Made by a program: the position numbers and the translations under genes. From a virus: a DNA stretch of 38,055 nt. Location: UHGV virus genome UHGV-0022456, one strand, 5' to 3'. The notes under the pieces were generated by a model. That model was not told the DNA's origin. It searched no databases and saw only the letters and a program-made list of their open reading frames with translations. Each line of letters opens with the position of its first letter. The first letter of the stretch is position 1. Of the stretch, positions 34,481 to 38,055 are shown piece after piece.

Positions 34481-34511
34481 ATTGTTATGTATGCCACTGG
34501 CAATGTCAACC
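34481..34511 (-). promoter_or_regulatory. Promoter-like GGTTGACAT copy at 3' end of lysis cassette
   Basis: Minus strand GGTTGACAT (plus 34503-34511); -35 TTGACA, 17-nt spacer, weak -10 AACAAT. Confidence 0.3.
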
Positions 34512-34736
34512 TTTACTGTCTGGCATTTTGTCGCCGTTACACTTTTTCTTCCATGTTTCGTTGTGGGCCAGAATCTGGCGCAGCGTGCCATCGGTCATGT
34601 GGTCGATTTCACCGGCATCCATCCAGATTGGGCGAACCCAGTAGCAAGACGTGTCAATTACCTGGACGGGTCCATTCGTCGCGCAGCTTGTCGCGGACAG
34701 AGCCAGGATTGCTGCGCATAACTTCATCTTTAACAT
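34506..34736 (-). CDS. o-spanin (Rz1-like lipoprotein) overlapping i-spanin gene
   Basis: Internal start in track ORF 34506-34868; MLKMKLCAAILALSATSCATNGP signal/lipobox-like with Cys; different frame overlapping 3' end of Rz-like gene. Confidence 0.45.
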   Translation of the reverse strand: MLKMKLCAAILALSATSCATNGPVQVIDTSCYWVRPIWMDAGEIDHMTDGTLRQILAHNETWKKKCNGDKMPDSKG

Positions 34737-34917
34737 CGTTTGCCACCTTAACGGATTCTGTGCGGGCTTTCTCTTGCTCCACGGATTGCTGCGCCTGCTG
34801 GATATCGGATTTAGCTTTCTGCTCGGACTTGCCGCGAGACTTGCCACCGAACCACAGCCCGACAGCACCGATGATTAGCGCGGTGATTGCGCCGATGATT
34901 GTGCTGAGGGTTATCAT
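34654..34917 (-). CDS. i-spanin (Rz-like)
   Basis: 87 aa; N-terminal TM helix ITLSTIIGAITALIIGAVGLWF then charged coiled coil; follows holin. Confidence 0.55.
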   Translation of the reverse strand: MITLSTIIGAITALIIGAVGLWFGGKSRGKSEQKAKSDIQQAQQSVEQEKARTESVKVANDVKDEVMRSNPGSVRDKLRDEWTRPGN

Positions 34918-34950
34918 TTATCAGCCTCCTGAAGCCATGCTGCCTGCCAG

Positions 34951-35175
34951 TTATCCAGAGGTCGAATCATCTTTCTTTTCCCTCACCGCAATCAGCTTAT
35001 TGACAGAGTTGCCAGCCACGACGACGGCGAGATAGATGCCGAACATCTCGGTCGTCAGTGTGTTCTGATATGCCTGCCAGACGATGACGCCTGACGCAAT
35101 CACTACGCCGATGAACTGGCACGTTTTTGACAGAGAGAAGTCGCCGACGGGCGAGGTGAGCAGGTCTTTAATCAT
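34951..35175 (-). CDS. Holin-like small membrane protein
   Basis: Track ORF 34951-35196 (TTG start) trimmed to ATG 35175 with GGGGAA SD; two hydrophobic helices; charged C-terminus; between endolysin and spanins. Confidence 0.5.
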   Translation of the reverse strand: MIKDLLTSPVGDFSLSKTCQFIGVVIASGVIVWQAYQNTLTTEMFGIYLAVVVAGNSVNKLIAVREKKDDSTSG

Positions 35176-35243
35176 CGGTTCCCCAGAATAGCGCAAGCAG
35201 TATGACCACTACTGTAGCACCAATGCAGATCTCGACCAAACAA

Positions 35244-35792
35244 TCATAGGGAAATGCGATTGGCAATCCAGCCATAAGCGAAAGCCTCGTTCTTCTGGTT
35301 GGCCTCTGCCAGCTCGATATACCGCGCACCCTGAAGGCAGTTCAGCGCCTTGAGCATCACGGTTTCACCTTGCTTGCCACGCGCACCAAGATAGCTTTTC
35401 AGTGCTGATGCAGTAGCCGGCCCGACCTTTCCATCGACAGCAATATCAGCGTATGCCTTGCCCTGGTTGTTAAAGGCGTTCAGGCATCGCTGAAGGAACT
35501 TTCCCGCCACAGATGGCCCCATGTTCACGCCGGTATCAATCACCTCGGCAGCGATGGATTCAGACAGCGGTAGCAGCAGGTCAAACTTCGGTTTCGAAAC
35601 GTATTGAGTGTAGTAGATGTTTTCGGCAAGTGAGATAGGCAGGTCTTTCATTGCCCCGGTGTAGCCATTGGAAACAGCTACCGCTTTGGTAATGCCGTAC
35701 ATCGTTTCGCCGCCGGAGTCATTTGGGTTATTTGAGTAACCACCTTCGGCTTTGATGATGTCATCAATAATTGACTTTACAGCCGGGGTCAT
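35244..35792 (-). CDS. Endolysin, GH108-type N-acetylmuramidase with C-terminal peptidoglycan-binding region
   Basis: Track ORF 35244-35870 (GTG) trimmed to ATG 35792 with GAGG SD; hallmark EGGYSNNPNDSGGETMYGIT. Confidence 0.75.
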   Translation of the reverse strand: MTPAVKSIIDDIIKAEGGYSNNPNDSGGETMYGITKAVAVSNGYTGAMKDLPISLAENIYYTQYVSKPKFDLLLPLSESIAAEVIDTGVNMGPSVAGKFLQRCLNAFNNQGKAYADIAVDGKVGPATASALKSYLGARGKQGETVMLKALNCLQGARYIELAEANQKNEAFAYGWIANRISL

Positions 35793-35894
35793 AAAAACCT
35801 CATTATTAAGTTTTGGCTCGATTCGCAACCAGTGGGCCGCCGAGGCATACTTGCCTGTCGGCGTTGCCACGCTGCCACCCTTGGAAGCGTAGCC

Positions 35895-35923
35895 AATTTA
35901 ACATATAAAAAAGCAAAAGTCAA
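35895..35923 (-). promoter_or_regulatory. Sigma70-like promoter for lysis cassette
   Basis: Minus strand -35 TTGACT (plus 35918-35923), 17-nt spacer, -10 TAAATT (plus 35895-35900). Confidence 0.5.
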
Positions 35924-35970
35924 AAGAGAGAGCACAAAATGACACTGGTGAAAATAGATTGATATAGTGG

Positions 35971-35998
35971 TTGACATTAGGTGTGGGTGAGGTAAGAT
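35971..35998 (+). promoter_or_regulatory. Sigma70-like promoter within GGTTGACAT motif for right-end + strand genes
   Basis: -35 TTGACA 35971-35976, 16-nt spacer, -10 TAAGAT 35993-35998, GAGAGGAGAAAG SD, ATG 36029. Confidence 0.5.
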
Positions 35999-36028
35999 TT
36001 AGCCATCAACAGCGAGAGGAGAAAGAAG

Positions 36029-36364
36029 ATGAAAGAGTTTAAAGGTACGCGGGGGCCGTGGGTAGCAGATATTCGAGGTGGTTGCGCAGCCATTTACCCA
36101 TCTTGTCGGTCTGATGATACGCCAGGTTGTCATTGTGACGATGAAAGAAATATAGCCTTCTCTAGCAAGGGCGCTAAATACAACGGCATGCATTGGGAAA
36201 TTGATGGCAGCGTTGAACATGACTTCAATTTAATGTCCGCAGCGCCTGAGTTGCTGGAGGCTTTGCAGGAAACAATCAATGAAGCTGGGATTTGGCTTTC
36301 AACACAGAAACCAGAACTGAAGGAAAAAATTGAATCAGCAATCAACAAAGCGCTGGGAGAATAA
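36029..36364 (+). CDS. Hypothetical protein (111 aa)
   Basis: Strong SD; Cys/His-containing N-terminus (CAAIYPSC, CHCDDE). Confidence 0.5.
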   Translation: MKEFKGTRGPWVADIRGGCAAIYPSCRSDDTPGCHCDDERNIAFSSKGAKYNGMHWEIDGSVEHDFNLMSAAPELLEALQETINEAGIWLSTQKPELKEKIESAINKALGE

Positions 36365-36365
36365 A

Positions 36366-36524
36366 GTGCAATGCAAAAACTGCGGTGAGCCAATGGAAGG
36401 CGACGGATATACAGACGTAATCCACTGCCCTAATATCGCGTTACCGGCATTGGCTACGAGCCTGATGCAAACCCTGTTTACTGTGAAGAGGAAGAAGAAT
36501 GAAACTTATCGACTTACTGGTTAA
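36366..36524 (+). CDS. Small zinc-ribbon protein (GTG start, tentative)
   Basis: In frame with track ORF 36330-36524; GTG 36366 directly after previous stop with GGGAG upstream; CKNCG...HCPN. Confidence 0.35.
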   Translation: MQCKNCGEPMEGDGYTDVIHCPNIALPALATSLMQTLFTVKRKKNETYRLTG

Positions 36525-37245
36525 AGAATTGCCGAAGCGTGGTGGATGGCCTGATGGTGCGCTAAATGCCACGCAAGATAAAGATGGCCAGGTGTGCTTT
36601 TCTGCCGGTGCAGTCCCTGAATTTGGCTACGTTGCCTGGGAGGGCGGCGACTGGCTCGGGAATGAGTTTTACGCCACTAGGGCAAGCGACTACGCATATG
36701 CCATCATCACCTGCGAACAATACGAATCAGCACTGGCAGCCAGCAAAGCCGTTGTTGGCCATGACGGCTGGATTCAATGGCATGGCGGTGAGTGCCCTGT
36801 TGATAGTGACGCAATTGTTGAGGTCAAATTCCGAAATCAGAACCGGGACAAAATCAATAGTGACAGAGCCGGAGATTTTTACTGGCCGCATGATGGCCTT
36901 GGATATGACATCATCGCCTACCGGCTGCAACAGCAGACGAAATCAGAACAGGCTTGCGATGACGCTGCGGAAGCTGATGACGAAGCCGACCTGAATGAGT
37001 GCATTGGTCATGATTTTGACGTAGTTAACCATCCATCTCACTACACACAAGGCAGTATAGAGTGTATCGACGCTATTAAAGCTGCGCTAGGTGAAGAGCA
37101 ATATGAGGGGTACTTACGCGGCGCTTGCATTAAGTACCTGTGGCGATATAAAATGAAATCTGGAGTTGAGTCATTGAAAAAATCAGAGTGGTATCTGAAA
37201 AGGTTAATCGAACTTAATGAAGAGATTGAATCCAGAAACAAATAG
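36499..37245 (+). CDS. DUF3310-like phage protein
   Basis: 248 aa; C-terminal HYTQGSIECIDAIKAALGEEQYEGYLRGACIKYLWRYKMKSGVESLKKSEWYLKRLIE matches the remembered DUF3310 signature; GAGGAAG SD. Confidence 0.5.
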   Translation: MKLIDLLVKELPKRGGWPDGALNATQDKDGQVCFSAGAVPEFGYVAWEGGDWLGNEFYATRASDYAYAIITCEQYESALAASKAVVGHDGWIQWHGGECPVDSDAIVEVKFRNQNRDKINSDRAGDFYWPHDGLGYDIIAYRLQQQTKSEQACDDAAEADDEADLNECIGHDFDVVNHPSHYTQGSIECIDAIKAALGEEQYEGYLRGACIKYLWRYKMKSGVESLKKSEWYLKRLIELNEEIESRNK

Positions 37246-37930
37246 ACCTTACGTTTTGGGCGAGTACAACCCGGACACGGGGTTGTACTTCAGAGCATAT
37301 GTAAAAACCATCGTCAAATCTGATGGGTACTTTAAAGAAGCGTGGTTATCCCATGATGCTCTCGAAAGATTCATAGCTCGACAAAGGTTATCTGCCAGAA
37401 AATGTCAAATCAGGCGTAATGAGGAGAATCGTAAATGGATTAACGACTATAAAATATCAAAAGGGTGTAGCGTTTGTGGATATAAATCTCACGCTGCTGC
37501 ATTAGATTTTGACCATTTGGAAAGATCAGATAAAAAATTCACGATTGGGAGACGTTTGGGTGGATTGTCGAAAGAGAGGCTGCTTGCTGAAATTGAGAAA
37601 TGCAGAATACTCTGCGCCAATTGTCACAGGGTGAAAACTTTCGAGAATAATGAGCACGGAAGAATAAGAAATGATAATTTACTGGAGAGTGCAATAATCG
37701 AGAGTCGAATAGAAAAATCAAGACAAATAAATAAGTTCAGAAGTAAATTCTACACGACGAAAACGAAAAGTAGACTGAAAAATGTATACCTTTCAAAATC
37801 GGGATTGTACTTCGTGAGAAAACAAATCGGACGGGTAAGAACGTGCGCAGGGTGCTTTGACAACATATTCGATGCGGCATGCTGTCTGATTGGGGAGCAT
37901 CAACTGAAACCGTTATGCGATGGTGAGTGA
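37217..37930 (+). CDS. HNH endonuclease (distinct family from the HNH-AP2 paralogs)
   Basis: CSVCGYKSHAAALDFDHLERSD...CRILCANCHRVKTFEN; AT-rich; 5' end overlaps DUF3310-like gene by 29 nt. Confidence 0.65.
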   Translation: MKRLNPETNRPYVLGEYNPDTGLYFRAYVKTIVKSDGYFKEAWLSHDALERFIARQRLSARKCQIRRNEENRKWINDYKISKGCSVCGYKSHAAALDFDHLERSDKKFTIGRRLGGLSKERLLAEIEKCRILCANCHRVKTFENNEHGRIRNDNLLESAIIESRIEKSRQINKFRSKFYTTKTKSRLKNVYLSKSGLYFVRKQIGRVRTCAGCFDNIFDAACCLIGEHQLKPLCDGE

Positions 37931-37957
37931 TGAGCGGCTTAAACAATTCAACACTAC

Positions 37958-38036
37958 TTAATTGCCTACGTGAAAAGGGTGTAGAAAGGCTAAGTGGTAT
38001 CTCAACAAATTAATCTCTGAACTGGAGTCAAAATAA
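37958..38036 (+). pseudogene. Degenerate 3' remnant of a second DUF3310-like gene
   Basis: Frame A ...NCLREKGVERL, then after an apparent 1-nt loss KAKWYLNKLISELESK-stop, paralleling ...KSGVESLKKSEWYLKRLIELNEE of the intact gene; shared GTGGTATCT core. Confidence 0.35.
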
Positions 38037-38055
38037 TGGCAAGTCGTGGCGTTAA
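38037..38055 (+). CDS. 5' end of an ORF truncated by window boundary
   Basis: ATG 38037 directly after TAA with GGAG upstream; only 6 codons visible. Confidence 0.3.

Noticed and set aside
34428-35035. + strand ORFs (97, 186 and 75 aa) across the lysis cassette
   Set aside because: Antisense shadows of the holin/spanin genes; low-complexity Ser/Pro/Cys-rich translations; no start context.
1-38055. CRISPR arrays, rRNA genes, IS elements or transposases
   Set aside because: No regularly spaced direct repeats, no rRNA-like segments and no transposase-like ORFs were seen on reading through both strands.

Overview
The window reads as a densely coded tailed-phage genome (or most of one) with a contractile-tail gene order, not bacterial chromosome. 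All calls are from motif recognition, synteny and by-eye folding; no database search or program was run. Layout: (1) 82-3119, + strand: small early genes plus an AT-rich orphan N6-adenine DNA methyltransferase. (2) 3147-5902, - strand: packaging operon with terS and terL, converging on module 1 at a terminator (3124-3148). (3) 5903-6180: divergent promoter region. (4) 6181-15111, + strand: early/replication/recombination operon with small acidic and zinc-ribbon proteins, a C5-methyltransferase-like gene, a DnaB-N/P-loop protein, a DEAH helicase, VRR-NUC, RecT and a YqaJ-type exonuclease, interrupted by three paralogous AT-rich HNH-AP2 endonuclease genes. (5) 15137-33359, - strand: portal, MuF-like protein, scaffold, major capsid, neck, sheath, tube, chaperone with a programmed -1 frameshift, tape measure, baseplate, tail fibre and assembly genes. 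Between tube and chaperone sits a self-contained moron (own promoter, four small ORFs including a TM2-type membrane protein and a DUF551-like protein, own terminator). (6) 33411-35923, - strand: tRNA-Asn(GTT)-like gene, Arc-like RHH repressor module with palindromes, and an endolysin(GH108)-holin-Rz/Rz1 lysis cassette. (7) 36029-38055, + strand: small genes, a DUF3310-like protein and a fourth HNH endonuclease followed by a degenerate DUF3310 3' remnant. A GGTTGACAT 9-mer recurs at operon starts. No integrase, CRISPR array, rRNA or IS element was seen.
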